DNA of 63,142 nt, counting the filler, from Chiloscyllium plagiosum (Eukaryota), in assembly GCF_004010195.1 (NCBI RefSeq). It is 4 parts of one record of this genome, joined end to end, with 100 filler letters (N's around TTAATTAATTAA, not from the genome) between each part and the next. Parts side by side here need not be neighbours in the genome. Positions count along the whole stretch, not along the records: positions 18,527 to 47,512 come from NC_057716.1; 3 more parts are not named here. One strand, given 5' to 3'. Below the pieces are notes generated by a model. That model was given only the letters and a program-made list of their open reading frames with translations. It was not told the origin of the DNA and did not search any database. Position 1 is the first letter of the stretch, and every line of letters starts with the position of its first letter. The position numbers and the translations under genes were made by a program. Shown here in pieces: positions 25,589 through 37,811 of this stretch.

Positions 25589-27697
25589 CTAAATTATATA
25601 TGCCTCAGGTTTTCTTTCCCAAACCGGGCTGAGCTTTCCGATTGTTTCGGTCAGACCACATGCTTGGCCTGGAATGCTGCAATTTCCTATCCCACCCTGT
25701 TGCTCCCCTGGTCTCCACTCTTGCCAATTTCTGTGCAGCCAAAGTGGGACAATGGAATCAGATCTGATTGGTTTTGTGTTTGAAGGCCAGTCAGTGACAG
25801 TGCTTTTCCTAGACTGTGTGCAGATATGTATAGTTCAATCCCTTGAGATTGATATCAATCATGATCCTGAGCCATCTGGAGTTGCTGAGGAGCAGGGTTG
25901 CTGCTGGAGGTGTTATTATACAGGTTTTGGGGCAATTGGTGGTCGTTCTTTTGTCCTTCATCAGAAGTGAAAGGTGGTGCTGTACAAGTTGCTGTCCTGC
26001 TGTGGTGAAGGGCTGGCAGTGCGGAAGAGTGGCTGAAGATGGATGAAGTATATGACCGGTGAAATGCATACCTGCTATCAAGGATCAAGTGCACTCCTTT
26101 AGAGATGCCAGGCTTTGAACAGCAGCCTCTCTCCTGTCTGTGGGTGGAGCTCTTCCGTTACGTTGACCAGAGCATTTTCAGCTCGTTAATTTTAATGAAG
26201 AGGCTCCCTGTGGTTGTTCACTCACCTTTTTAGCCATGGAGATTTACTTAACTACCTTAATTATTTACCTGACTGATTTAAGAATATTTAGCTTTCACTG
26301 TTAACGGTGTCCCATGGAATTCAGAAAACGATTGAAATGCCTCAGAATCATAATCTGATGCTAATTTTCGGGGATTGACTTCTTCAGATATTTCACACCT
26401 CACCTCTACCTGCCTGGTAAATATCTCCTCGCTGATTCTGGTCTTCAAACATGTAAGTTGATAGGTCACTGCTTTAAAAAGAGTTCTTCTTATTCAAAAT
26501 AAGACAAGTTCATCAGCAACAGTGCAGTCAGAGTATCTACATGACGGGATTCAGAACTGCAGCAAAATCCAAATGTAAATTTCCAGGCCAACCCCAGGGT
26601 CTGACCGAAACATCTGGGAAAGCTTAACCCAATTTGTGAAACAGAAGCAATTACATGTATGTTTCCAACATTTTCAGGTTTTGTGACTCAGTCAGCATCT
26701 GTGAGAAACACCAAGATAGCATTTCGGGTATGTAACCTTTTAGCGTTCAGGCAACCTATAGATATCTCAGGAAGCAGTCAAAATTCTATCATAAGAACAT
26801 GTTGGGATTGGTGTCTATATTCTGCTCCATGAAGAAGTAGGAGCCTCCAACCCAAACCTTTACACAGACCTTAACAGAGCACTGTCTGCCCCTGTTATCA
26901 GAAACTCCTGTCCTAAGCGTTCAATTATGATAAATATAACCATTCTGATATTCAATAAACAGGCAAAACCTTTTTTTCTAACCTACTGTATTGCCTGCCA
27001 GCAGTGTAATTTGGAGATTAGATTCTGACATTTGTGGATAAAACAAAACAACTTGGCTACCAAAGAAATGTCACATTTTTTCACATTTGCAAAAAGCAGA
27101 GATTCTTCAATGTAAGTTTCTTTTCTGGTTTTGGGAATGGATTGGAAGTATTCCAATGTTGGCATTAATTCATAATGATCATCAGAATAAGGAATCTTAA
27201 GCTGCAGAAAGCTATTTTTAAAAATAAATCTGCCAGTGGTATTTCTAAAAAAAATGTTAAAATATGTAAGGAGTAATATTGTTTACTTGTTTCCCTCATA
27301 AATAGTTTTTTGTTGAATTTGGCACCCAGCATAAGGACACTGGCATTCTAAAAAGAGTTTAACAAGGTTGAAGCAAATAAAATGCCTGGAGTCAGGATAT
27401 GAAGAGAGGTAAATACTACATAATTTGCAAACATCATTAAGTCAACACAGAGCAAACTGGAGGATGCAATATTAAAACTGTTCAATGTCTCAGTTAGTCC
27501 AATGCTGAATCTTGAACATTACATTTAATTTTGGTCATTGCAATGTGAAAGGAAACCTTGGAAATGATGTAGAAAAGGGCAGCAGTGCTGATCTTTAGCA
27601 TCAAAGAATTAAGTATGATGTTGCAAATTGGGTTCCCTTTAAAACTGAGTCATGAGATCTCATTTAACTGCTGTTAGGGCAGTACCTAGCTTTCCAG

Positions 27698-27780
27698 TTA
27701 TGTCCGAAATGTCGATTCTCCTGTTCCTTGGATGCTGCCTGACCTGCTGCGCTTTTCCAGCAACACAATTTCAGCTCTGG
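27698..27780 (+). mobile_element. Penelope pLTR family A fragment
   Basis: TTATGTCCGAAATGTCGATTCTCCTG...GATGCTGCCTGACCTGCTG. Confidence 0.75.
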
Positions 27781-29974
27781 TAAATAAAGACCAAAGATAC
27801 AGGAAGAGCCTAAATAATCACTGAGATATCTGTGGTCACAATGTTCCATAAACTGATGTCAAAGATTTGCACAGCATCAAGTGAATCCTCTTATTAGTGT
27901 AGTGCTTAGGGAAAATAGGATGTTTTGGTCTTAGAAGAAATGACAACTAGCCTTCTGATGGAGGAGATCAAAGAGAGAATGATCATCCTGGTATCATGCA
28001 TCAGCATCTGTCTTGTGGTCCTATGGCTGACAGGATTCAAATGGGTTATTGACACAGCATAAATGATCAGGCCCTAAAAGTCTGGTGTATGAACAAATGC
28101 TCTGGATCAGAGGGCACACCTTGTTAGGCAGTCTGTGTAGGTGGCAGTCTGTTGTCAGGGAGCCGTCTTCTTCAGATGGAAGATGAACAAGAAGAGACTG
28201 AAGGAAGGCTCATGAAAGAATTTCCTAACACTTCAACTAGAGAGCAGGATGCTGCTTCACAACTTTAGTAAGAGCAATGTATTCCTCATTAACAGCCTGT
28301 TTGTCATCTAGTATCAGTGAACCATCCTCAGTTGTCATGGCTGTATACTCTTTGTCTAATTAATTAATGTATCATATCTAACCTGTTGCTTCTAAACAAA
28401 TTTAAACTACCTGAACATTTCTTACAAATAGTTAACTGCCCATATCAAGTAACTGTGATCATGAGCCCTCAAAATTAAAAATAGGATCAGATTCAATGTC
28501 TTCCTTTTCATAAAGGTATTAATTGAATGCATCTTGGTAATTAATAGCTCCATTACCTCATTCATTACTGTCCCACCATCTCCAATTCCACCAAATTCTC
28601 TGTTTTTGAGTCTAACTTTTTGATCATCACCCCTCTCTTTCTCCCACACACTGCAAGTTGTCCTTAAACCTTCAGAATCTCCACCCTTCCTCCCTTAAGA
28701 GCCAAACTTTTCACTTATTTCCTATTTCCCTTTTAGGCTGAACATCCATTTTTATTTTGACAACTCATCTGTGAAGTGCCAATGTAAGATTTTGTACATT
28801 GTTGATGCTCTATCGATGAGAATTATCATTGTGAGTAGGTTTTTCAGTCAAACAATGGATGTTAATGATGCTCAAAAAATATACAGCAATACTTTAGTGT
28901 AAGCCAGGAATTAGGATAAGGAGCATAGGTTAAATATTGTGTAAAATTAGCACTTGGGATGGCCTCTTTAGCAGATATTAGAGGTGGAACTATTACATTT
29001 TTTTAAGATACAATTAGACGATATAAACAGAAACTGAAAGATTATTTTGTGTGTGCAAGAACAAAGACAGGCTGAATAGAATATGTTGTAAATTAATAAA
29101 TAAAAAGAAACCAAAACATAGAGAAGAGAAATAGCCATATGGGCTGCTTTGTGCTGATGAAAGTTTGACTGTGTGACGTTGGAAGAGAGCTGGAACGTTA
29201 AGCTCAAATAAGGCAGCACTGACATCAAATCAGTGATGGTGCAATCTGTCTAGCTGTATATTTGCAGCAGACACTCCCTTTGCACACAGTACACACGTTA
29301 GTGCAGATGCAATTTCGATGAAAAACAACATTTGTGTTGTAAAACAGACATCACAAAGCAAAACTTTGCAAACATAGAATCACAAAAATTTGTTTTTGGT
29401 GACTTTGATTTAACCACTATATTTGCATGATTACTACAAGAAATGGTCGATACATTCCATTATATTTAATGAACAAAGCATTTCATTTCTTACATGTTAG
29501 TCATCAGTAAATTTTAATGACCTAATTATTCACTTTGTTAAACAGAGCTACTCTGAGCCAGTAAACTACATTCCATTGAACAGTTTGAGCCTTTAACAGA
29601 TAAGTCTCCAGAGTCAATGATTGATTGGTTTGGAAAATTCCCCACAAAGTGTCTAATCACTGCAGAACAGCAACAACCAAACAAATAGAACAATTAATTA
29701 TATAGTTAAAACTGTCAGAGAAATCATGGTCAAAATGCATAAGCCTTTAGTAAGACCAATTTTGAATTCCTTGTATTCATTTACAGGACTTCAGTGCTGC
29801 TACTAAAACCAGCATGTCTTTCCTCATCACTGGTTGTCCTTGAGGTGGTGAGCCACCTTCCTGAACAGCTGCAATATGGTGTAGGTACACCAACTGAGCT
29901 GGTCATGAAGGGAATTTCAGGACTGTAAGCACAGCTCACGACTAATCTGGATAAACCTCTCACATCTAATTCAA

Positions 29975-31080
29975 TTTGACACAAAACGGGTCAGGATGTT
30001 GAACAGTGAGGAGGATGGAGAGGTGCTTCGGTGTGATTTGGACAAGTTGAGTGAGTAAATACATGGCAGATAAAATATAATGTAGATAAATATTAAGTGA
30101 TCCACTTTAGCAGCAAAAGCAGGAAGGCAGTTTATTATCTCAATGGCAATAGATTAGATAGTATTATCGCTAGACCCAGAAACTCAATTAATGTTCTGGG
30201 GAGAAACCAAAAGGACTGAGGATGCTGTAAAATGGAAACAAAAACAGAGGAAGGGTCACTGGACCTGAAACATTAGCTTTGATTTCTTTTCACAGATGCT
30301 GCCAGACCTGCTGAGCTTTTCCAACACCTTCCATTTTTGTTTCCAATATTCTAGGGACCCAGGTTCTAATCCTGCCATGGCAGATGGTGGAATTTGAAAT
30401 CAATAAATATTCTGAATTTAAAGTTCAATGATAACCATTAAACCATTGTTGATTGTTGGAAAAAATTGTCTGGATTCACTAATGTCCTTATGGGATGGAA
30501 ATTTGATGTATTTACCTGGTCTGGCCCATGTATGTCTCCAGGAGCAGGGAAATGTGGATGATTCTTAACTACCCTCTGGGCAGTTATGGATGGGTAATAA
30601 ATACTGGCCTGGCCAGACACACCCACATCCTATGAATGAATAAAAAAATGATTGGGAAAGGGGGAGGTGCATCAAGACCTTATTAACCAGCCATTGAAAG
30701 TAAGCAGGTTGTTGCAGCAGGCTGTGAAGGAGGAACATGGTATGTTGGCCTTCATTGTGAGAGAATTCAAATTCTGCAGCAAAGCCTTAGTGAGATCACA
30801 CCAGGAATATTGGTCTACTTATCTGAGGAGGGATTTCTGGCTGTGAAGAGAGTGCTATGGAGGTTTACCAGACTGATTCCTGGGATGGCAGGAATGATGT
30901 GTAAAGAGAGGCTGGATTGGTTAAGACCATATTCACTGGAGATTTGAGAAATGAAGGGTTTCTCATAGAAACCTCTGAAGTTCTAAAGGGACAAGACATG
31001 GTAAACACAAGTATATTGTTTATGTTGACTGGGAATTCTAGAACCTGGGGTCACAGTCTAAAGATATAGGTTAGACCATC
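29975..31080 (+). mobile_element. Degenerate CR1 interrupted by a SINE
   Basis: DLDKLSE..W, MLAFIVR..KALVRSHQEY motifs on both sides of the SINE. Confidence 0.65.
30160..30648 (+). mobile_element. tRNA-type SINE with LINE-derived tail, interrupted by a Penelope family C insertion (30203-30344)
   Basis: B-box-like GGTTCTAATCC at ~30362; tail resembles 3094-3150; the insertion is flanked by AAT(G/A)TTCT(G/A)GGGA at 30190-30202 and 30345-30357. Confidence 0.7.
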
Positions 31081-31308
31081 TGGAATTCCATGTACACTGC
31101 ATCATAAGCATCACCTTGTCAAACCATTCCATTACCTCTTAAACAAAATCTCCAACCAGTTAGTTAAACATGATTTCCATTTTAGAAACCATGCTGACAA
31201 AATCCTACTGTGTAGAGCAGTTGTCACCAAACCCCTTGACAGCAGTGAGGTGTACTGTATCGCAGTGACACATTGGAGCGCAGGAGAAATTCCACCCCTG
31301 ATGCCTCT

Positions 31309-31783
31309 TGTGAGAAACAGAACTCACTCACAAATCAGCCTGAGACAAAGCCTTGGAAAAAGAACAATTTATTACGGCTTTGCAAGTACCAGACGCCTCT
31401 GCAATCAAGCAAAAATGCTCGCGAAAACAAAGCATATAAACATTCTTATTCAGTTTGCAAGTTGCAGAATCACGCCTCCCTTTTCCCATCCTATCGTAAG
31501 CTGATTACCTCACTTGTTTTTTTCTCTCTAGTTATTTTCTTATCTGGCCATCCTGCTGTCCTTGTATGTCTGCATTCTTTGTTCCTTGTTTGTTACAGCT
31601 TATTCTTTTATCCAGTTTCTCTTATCATACTATAAGCTTTATTGTGAAATGCCCCTGCTGCTGCTTTTTGTAGTCAGCTACAACCCTTCATAGTTATTTC
31701 CTAGCTTAAAACTATTTTCTTTAAAAGACCATCTCTATTCATTAAAGTCTTAGCCTTAAGTATGCTACATGCTACATGCTACA
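31309..31783 (-). repeat. ERV 3' LTR (U3 start lost in gap 31784-32615)
   Basis: About 96% identical by eye to 37812-38282; minus-strand AATAAA at 31368-31373. Confidence 0.95.
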
Positions 31784-32615
31784 NNNNNNNNNNNNNNNNN
31801 NNNNNNNNNNNNNNNNNNNNNNNNNNNNNNNNNNNNNNNNNNNNNNNNNNNNNNNNNNNNNNNNNNNNNNNNNNNNNNNNNNNNNNNNNNNNNNNNNNNN
31901 NNNNNNNNNNNNNNNNNNNNNNNNNNNNNNNNNNNNNNNNNNNNNNNNNNNNNNNNNNNNNNNNNNNNNNNNNNNNNNNNNNNNNNNNNNNNNNNNNNNN
32001 NNNNNNNNNNNNNNNNNNNNNNNNNNNNNNNNNNNNNNNNNNNNNNNNNNNNNNNNNNNNNNNNNNNNNNNNNNNNNNNNNNNNNNNNNNNNNNNNNNNN
32101 NNNNNNNNNNNNNNNNNNNNNNNNNNNNNNNNNNNNNNNNNNNNNNNNNNNNNNNNNNNNNNNNNNNNNNNNNNNNNNNNNNNNNNNNNNNNNNNNNNNN
32201 NNNNNNNNNNNNNNNNNNNNNNNNNNNNNNNNNNNNNNNNNNNNNNNNNNNNNNNNNNNNNNNNNNNNNNNNNNNNNNNNNNNNNNNNNNNNNNNNNNNN
32301 NNNNNNNNNNNNNNNNNNNNNNNNNNNNNNNNNNNNNNNNNNNNNNNNNNNNNNNNNNNNNNNNNNNNNNNNNNNNNNNNNNNNNNNNNNNNNNNNNNNN
32401 NNNNNNNNNNNNNNNNNNNNNNNNNNNNNNNNNNNNNNNNNNNNNNNNNNNNNNNNNNNNNNNNNNNNNNNNNNNNNNNNNNNNNNNNNNNNNNNNNNNN
32501 NNNNNNNNNNNNNNNNNNNNNNNNNNNNNNNNNNNNNNNNNNNNNNNNNNNNNNNNNNNNNNNNNNNNNNNNNNNNNNNNNNNNNNNNNNNNNNNNNNNN
32601 NNNNNNNNNNNNNNN

Positions 32616-32830
32616 GCCCGAGTCAAATTGTTGTACATCGTCCACTTCTTTGGTAAGTGGTATTACCGTGAGAGGAATTCCGGATTCCCCATGGTGTGGG
32701 ATCTCAGCACATATAGCTCACAACCCTATCTGTCTATTTCCTAACCCTTTGTATGTCAGGGTGGAGTGAGTCCATGCAACACTTACAATTGTTTTGGGAT
32801 ACAGTTTTTTTAACCAATACTTAATAGTCT
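32616..32830 (-). pseudogene. env: Probable env SU N-terminal remnant
   Basis: Lies after the pol stop; reads AICAEIPHHGESGIPLTVIPLT, resembling the CWxCxxxP...GxPL motif of class I Env SU; frame broken upstream. Confidence 0.55.
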
Positions 32831-32831
32831 C

Positions 32832-35278
32832 TTATCTCAGGCCATTCTTTTTGCTCAGCTTGACTTTCAGAGGGTTGCCTGTAGGATGAGCTTGCCACTC
32901 TGCCGGAGGGTAAGGAGCATCCACCGGGCCCTTAACACGAGTGTGATGACTCCACCCTTTTTCAGCAGTTCAGGCGGCTGTTTCAGTAGTCAGGAGGGTT
33001 AGGAACGGTCCCTCCCAGCTTGGGTGCAGTTTGGTATCTTTCCAGGTCTTTATCAGGACCCAATCACCCGGTCGTATCCGATGTACTGCGAACTCAAGTG
33101 GAGGTGTCTGGGTCAACAGACCCTTCTTCCTAAGGACAGACAAAGAAGAGCCGAGCGCCACAATATAGTTCTTTAAAAACTTATCATTGAACTCTACGTT
33201 GGTAATTCCCCTCTTCCACCCAAGAAAGGTAATCCAAACATCATCTCATAAGGAGAGAGGCCTATATCACGTCTAGGCGCAGTCCTAATGCGTAGCAACG
33301 CGATAGGTAAACATTTTGTTCATGGCAATCGAGTCTCTAGGACTAGCTTAGACAATTGCTTCTTTAAGGTTTGATTCATTCGTTCAACCCGTCCAGAGGA
33401 AGGTGGGTGCCAAGGAGTGTGGAATTCCCAAGAGATCTCTAATCCCGCCATTACTTCTTGTAGGATCTTAGAGATAAAATGGCTACCTTGGTCTGAATCT
33501 ATACTTTCCACCACCCCATATCGAGGAATTATATGTTCTAAAAGAGTTTTCACTACTCCCTTCGAAGTAGCTGAGGACATTGGAAATGCCTTCACCCACC
33601 CAGTTAGGTGATAGTCTGTCAACCATCTCCCTGCCTTTTGGTTTAACACAGTTCTAACTTGATGGGGGGTACTAACGACTAGCGCCCCTCCAAAAGTAAG
33701 TTTACGGCTTTCCTCTATCAGTATGGCAGTGGCTGCTACTGCCTGTATACATTCAGGCCATCCTCTTGAGACAGGGTCCAAGATCTTGGACAGGAAGGCT
33801 ATGGGCTGAGTCTTTCCCCCTCCTTTCTGGGTTAACACTCCTAAGGCTGCTCCATCATTTACTGTCACAAAAAGGTGGAATGGTTTATCTAGGGAGGGAA
33901 GAGCCAACACTGGAGCTCGTATTAGACCATGCTTCAACTCATGTAACCCTTCCTTTTCCTCTTCTGTCCAGTGCAGTCTTTGATGTTCAGATTCTGTCAA
34001 TTTGTAATATAACCCCTTCGTTTTCTGGGCGTATGCTTCTATCCATAATCTACAATAGCCCACCAGCCCCAAGAACTTCCGTAATTTTTGTTTGGTGGTC
34101 GGAAGAGGCAGTTCTACTATCCCTTTGATTCTCTCAGGGTTAATGCGCATAGTGCCCTCACTAATAAGGTGTCCTAAGTATTTCACCTCTTTCCCTACAT
34201 ATTGCAATTTATTCCTAGATACTCTTAAACCCTGTTGTCCTAGGAAATTTAACAGTCTATTGGTGGCTTAGCTCACGTCATCTCTCTTTTGTCCTGATAC
34301 AAATAAATCATCCACATATTGTAACAATGACGTTCCTCAAGGCATTTTATGTTGTTCCAGGACCCGTTCCAGTACTTGCCCGAATAGATTAGGTGATTCT
34401 GTGAATCCCTGGGGAAGTACCGTCCATCGGAACTGTTGTTTTCTACCAGTGTATGGGTTTTCCCATTCAAAAGCAAATGTGGCGCGGCTTTCTGGGGCCA
34501 GAGGACAAACCCAGAATGCATCTTTTAAATCTATTACACTAAACCAGCAGTGGTTACACGGTATTGTGCCTAGCAAAGTATATGGATTAGGTGCCACTGG
34601 GTGTCGAGTTCGAACCAATTGGTTCAATGCCCTAAGATCCTGCACCAATCGATAGGTTCCATCTGGTTTGCGGATGGGTAGTATTGGGGTATTAAAGGGC
34701 AACATACATGGTTCTAACAGTTCAGATTTTTCCAAAGAATCTATAACTGGTTGCAGACCTCTACGGCCTTCCAACGATATAGGGTATTGTCTAACCTGAA
34801 CTGTCTCATCTTCTCGAGTCAACGTAATCACCAACGGAGTAATATTTAGATGCCCTGTGTTATCCGCTTTCGCCCACACGTCAGAGCTGATTTGTTTTTC
34901 TTCACTAGGTGTTAACATAGCTATCGTTACAGTTACTGCACTATCCTCCACCCCAATTTTTAAGCCCAGCAATATAATCAAATCCCTACCTAATAGATTA
35001 CTTCCAATGTCAGGAATATATAATAATTGTCCTATCACTTCCTCATCATTTCTTCTAATTAGGGTTGGCTCAAAAATAGGCACCAAGAATTCTTCGCCTT
35101 TTACTCCAGGAACCCTGAGATTCTTGTTAGTCAATTTAACACCGGTAGGCCTAAAACTTAGGGATGATCGTGCCGCTCCCGTGTCCACCAAAATTACTGC
35201 CTCCTCCCCTTCAGGTCCCACCTTTAAATTTATCAAGGGTTCCCGGTGAGTCTCAGGAGGAAAGAACCCCTGACTCCC
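32832..35278 (-). pseudogene. pol: ERV pro-pol pseudogene (protease, RT, partial integrase)
   Basis: LVDTGA; YRLVQDLR; IDLKDAF; LPQG; YVDD at 34307-34318; integrase SDQG and GRVERMN; WEGPF C-terminus; premature stops (e.g. 34337, 33320, 32970); deletion at 33612/33613. Confidence 0.97.
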
Positions 35279-36788
35279 CTAATCTTCATCTAAGGTCATT
35301 AGGGAAACGGCTTCCCTTTTCGTGCTAATTCCGGGCATTCCCGTTTAAAATGCCCCACTTTCCCACAATGGTAGCACCCTGCCTGTTGCCTCCTTTCTCG
35401 GGTATCTGACCCTTGTCTTTCGTGTCCTCCCCTACCCTTCCTGTTATCCCCTGATCCCATTCTCCTTTTTGTTATTTCTTCTACTGCCACCACCATCATT
35501 TTGGCTTTCTGTTTCTGCTTCTCGTCTTCCCTTTTCACTTACACTTTCTGTGCCTCACGTAACAGTTCTTCCATCTGTCTTTCACTCCATCCATCTAATT
35601 TCTGTAATTTCTTTTGTATGTCCGGCCATGATTTAGTTACAAACTGGACCTTTAAGAGTCCCTATGTTATCGGATTATCGGGATCCATTCCCAAATACTT
35701 CCCTGTGGCCTCCTTGAGCCTCTAAAAAGGGGTTTCATCCTTCTCTTGTCATACTTCAAAGGCCTTAAAGTTTTGTGATCTAGGTGCCTCCTCTTTAATT
35801 CCTAATATTACCATTTCTCGTAGATCCCGCATTGACTCCCTATCTTCTCTGTCATTATTTTCTCAATGAGGGTCAACATTTGGGAATTTCTGTTCTGCTG
35901 GGGCCCCTTCTTCCCCAACTGGGTGCTTCGTTTCCCATTCCTGTAAAGCTGCTCTCCTAATCATACCTCGTTCTTCCCCTGAAAATAACGTTCCTAAAAT
36001 TGCCATCAGTTCTCCCCAGGTATGTAAATTAGGCCCTAGGAATTGATCTAATTGTTCGGCTAGTCCAACCGGATCCTCTATTGAACTTTTCATTTACTTT
36101 TTAAAGACCTTAACTTCACTGTTAGTTAAGGGAGCGTTTACATATCCGATTGTACCTTCCCCAATCGGAACCTCTCGTAAGGGACATAATTTTACATTTT
36201 CCATTATCTCTGCCCTCCTTTACGTGTGGTGGCTCGAGTGATTCTGAGCCCCCCCCCCCCGCCAGGTTCTACATCTTTTAGTTCAGAGTCGGCTCCCCTT
36301 TCTGTGTCTGGACTCGGTTTTACTTCGGGAGCTGTAGGCTCGTTCCAGGGAGTAGTATATGGGGGCGGCAAACATGTTAAGGGACCCTATTGTGGCTTCC
36401 CTTGTTCATTCTTCTTCTGTTCTTTCCCTGATTCCTCCGTATTCACGGGACATAATTTTACTCCCGTGCTCCCTATCCAACAAGCCGCATAATCGGACTC
36501 TTTTTGACTGTATAGTTCTTTTCGATTGACATATATATTAAGATCTTGGCACAGCCAATCCTCATTGGACCCATATTAGGGCCAAAAAATACCAGGCGCC
36601 TTAATACTTTCTCTAGTCCAAATGAAACAACAATAGTTTATCATTGTAGCCTTATCTTTCTCCCGGATCCGGGAGTTGTGTTCCCAATTACCCAACATTT
36701 TCCCCAAAGGACTGTCGGGCGGGATATATTCCCCTTTAACGTTATTTACAGATCGATCGTTACACAGGCAACTCCCCGTGCCTCCCAT
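35279..36788 (-). pseudogene. gag: ERV gag pseudogene
   Basis: Starts MG (myristoylation-type); PPPY and PTAP late domains; capsid-like segment; single knuckle CYHCGKVGHFKREC; ends TLDED-TAG; several stops and frameshifts. Confidence 0.93.
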
Positions 36789-37791
36789 TGTTGCTAATTT
36801 AATTAATCTTAATGTGATCCGGTGTCACCTTCTTCCACACCCCCTTCAGGGTCCTGACTAGACACCTTACTCATCCAATTAATCTGACCAATTATATACT
36901 TTTTTTTGAGACTTCAACTGTTCTCCATAAATCGCTTTTATGTAAGGATAAAAGAGATTAGTTAGAAACTGATAGTAAGGCAGTCATGACCTGTAAAAAG
37001 AACAGGAGTTAACATTTTATTTCATAATCTGTAAAATCCTTAACCTTAAAAGAAATCATGTTAAAATTTCCATAGTAGAAATCAGACTCAAAACAGTCCC
37101 GGATCTCAAGCTCCAGGGAACAAAGCACAAACATTCAATCACCAACAAACAAATGTGCATTCAAACTGAATCACAAAGGGTTAAACTTTCTACTTGCTGT
37201 ACAGCTCTTTTCTCTCTCTCTCTCATACATACACACACACACACACAGACACCGTATCTCACAGACACTTTGAGCTTCCCGCAATGACTCCTGTAGCTTT
37301 TGAATATTTTTCTGGACGTCTGGCCATAAGTTAGTTACGAAGTGCACCCTCAGTAGCCCTTCAGCTACTAGCCCTTCTGACACGGGCTGTATTCAATTGA
37401 CATATGCTTTATTTTATATATCGCCAATTCCCCGTACTTCCGTATGTCCCAACCACCAAGGCAATACTTAAAGGTCTCTTTTCTTACCTTGGTCTGTGCA
37501 CAGAGTTACCTAGTTGTTTCGGTGCGCCCCATCCCGCGGGAATTCCTGCAGCAAATACTGCTGCCCCCGGTCACCTGGATATATCCTTTAAGACTTTTCC
37601 CTACCCGGGTCTTGTGCACAAGAGTTGCCCGACCGAACCCGCCACGTCTGCCCGCCTTATTTCCAGGGTCTGCCAGTCCAGATCGTACTTGCCCAAACCG
37701 CAAATGACAAGCAAGGGAGTCGGAGATCACCGAAATCGGCGAGGTGCACCTCCCCCGTCGTCCCAAGAGTATCGAGTGGTCAGAGTTTTGG

Positions 37792-37809
37792 ATCCCGGAC
37801 GAGCCCCCA
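37792..37809 (-). promoter_or_regulatory. Primer binding site, tRNA-Pro
   Basis: TGGGGGCTCGTCCGGGAT, 18 nt, 2 nt after the LTR CA end; same sequence as the MLV PBS. Confidence 0.97.
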
Positions 37810-37811
37810 AT

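Noticed and set aside
26278..26469. Short ORF with plausible composition (similar cases at ~22020-22170 and ~28175-28270); also searched for PDE11A/TTC30 exons expected from human synteny
   Set aside because: No recognisable homology or convincing splice-site pair; no such exons recognised.
31762..32769. Long ORFs of 130-400 aa here, at 1983-2663 and at 60252-61542
   Set aside because: Their length comes from N runs translated as X.
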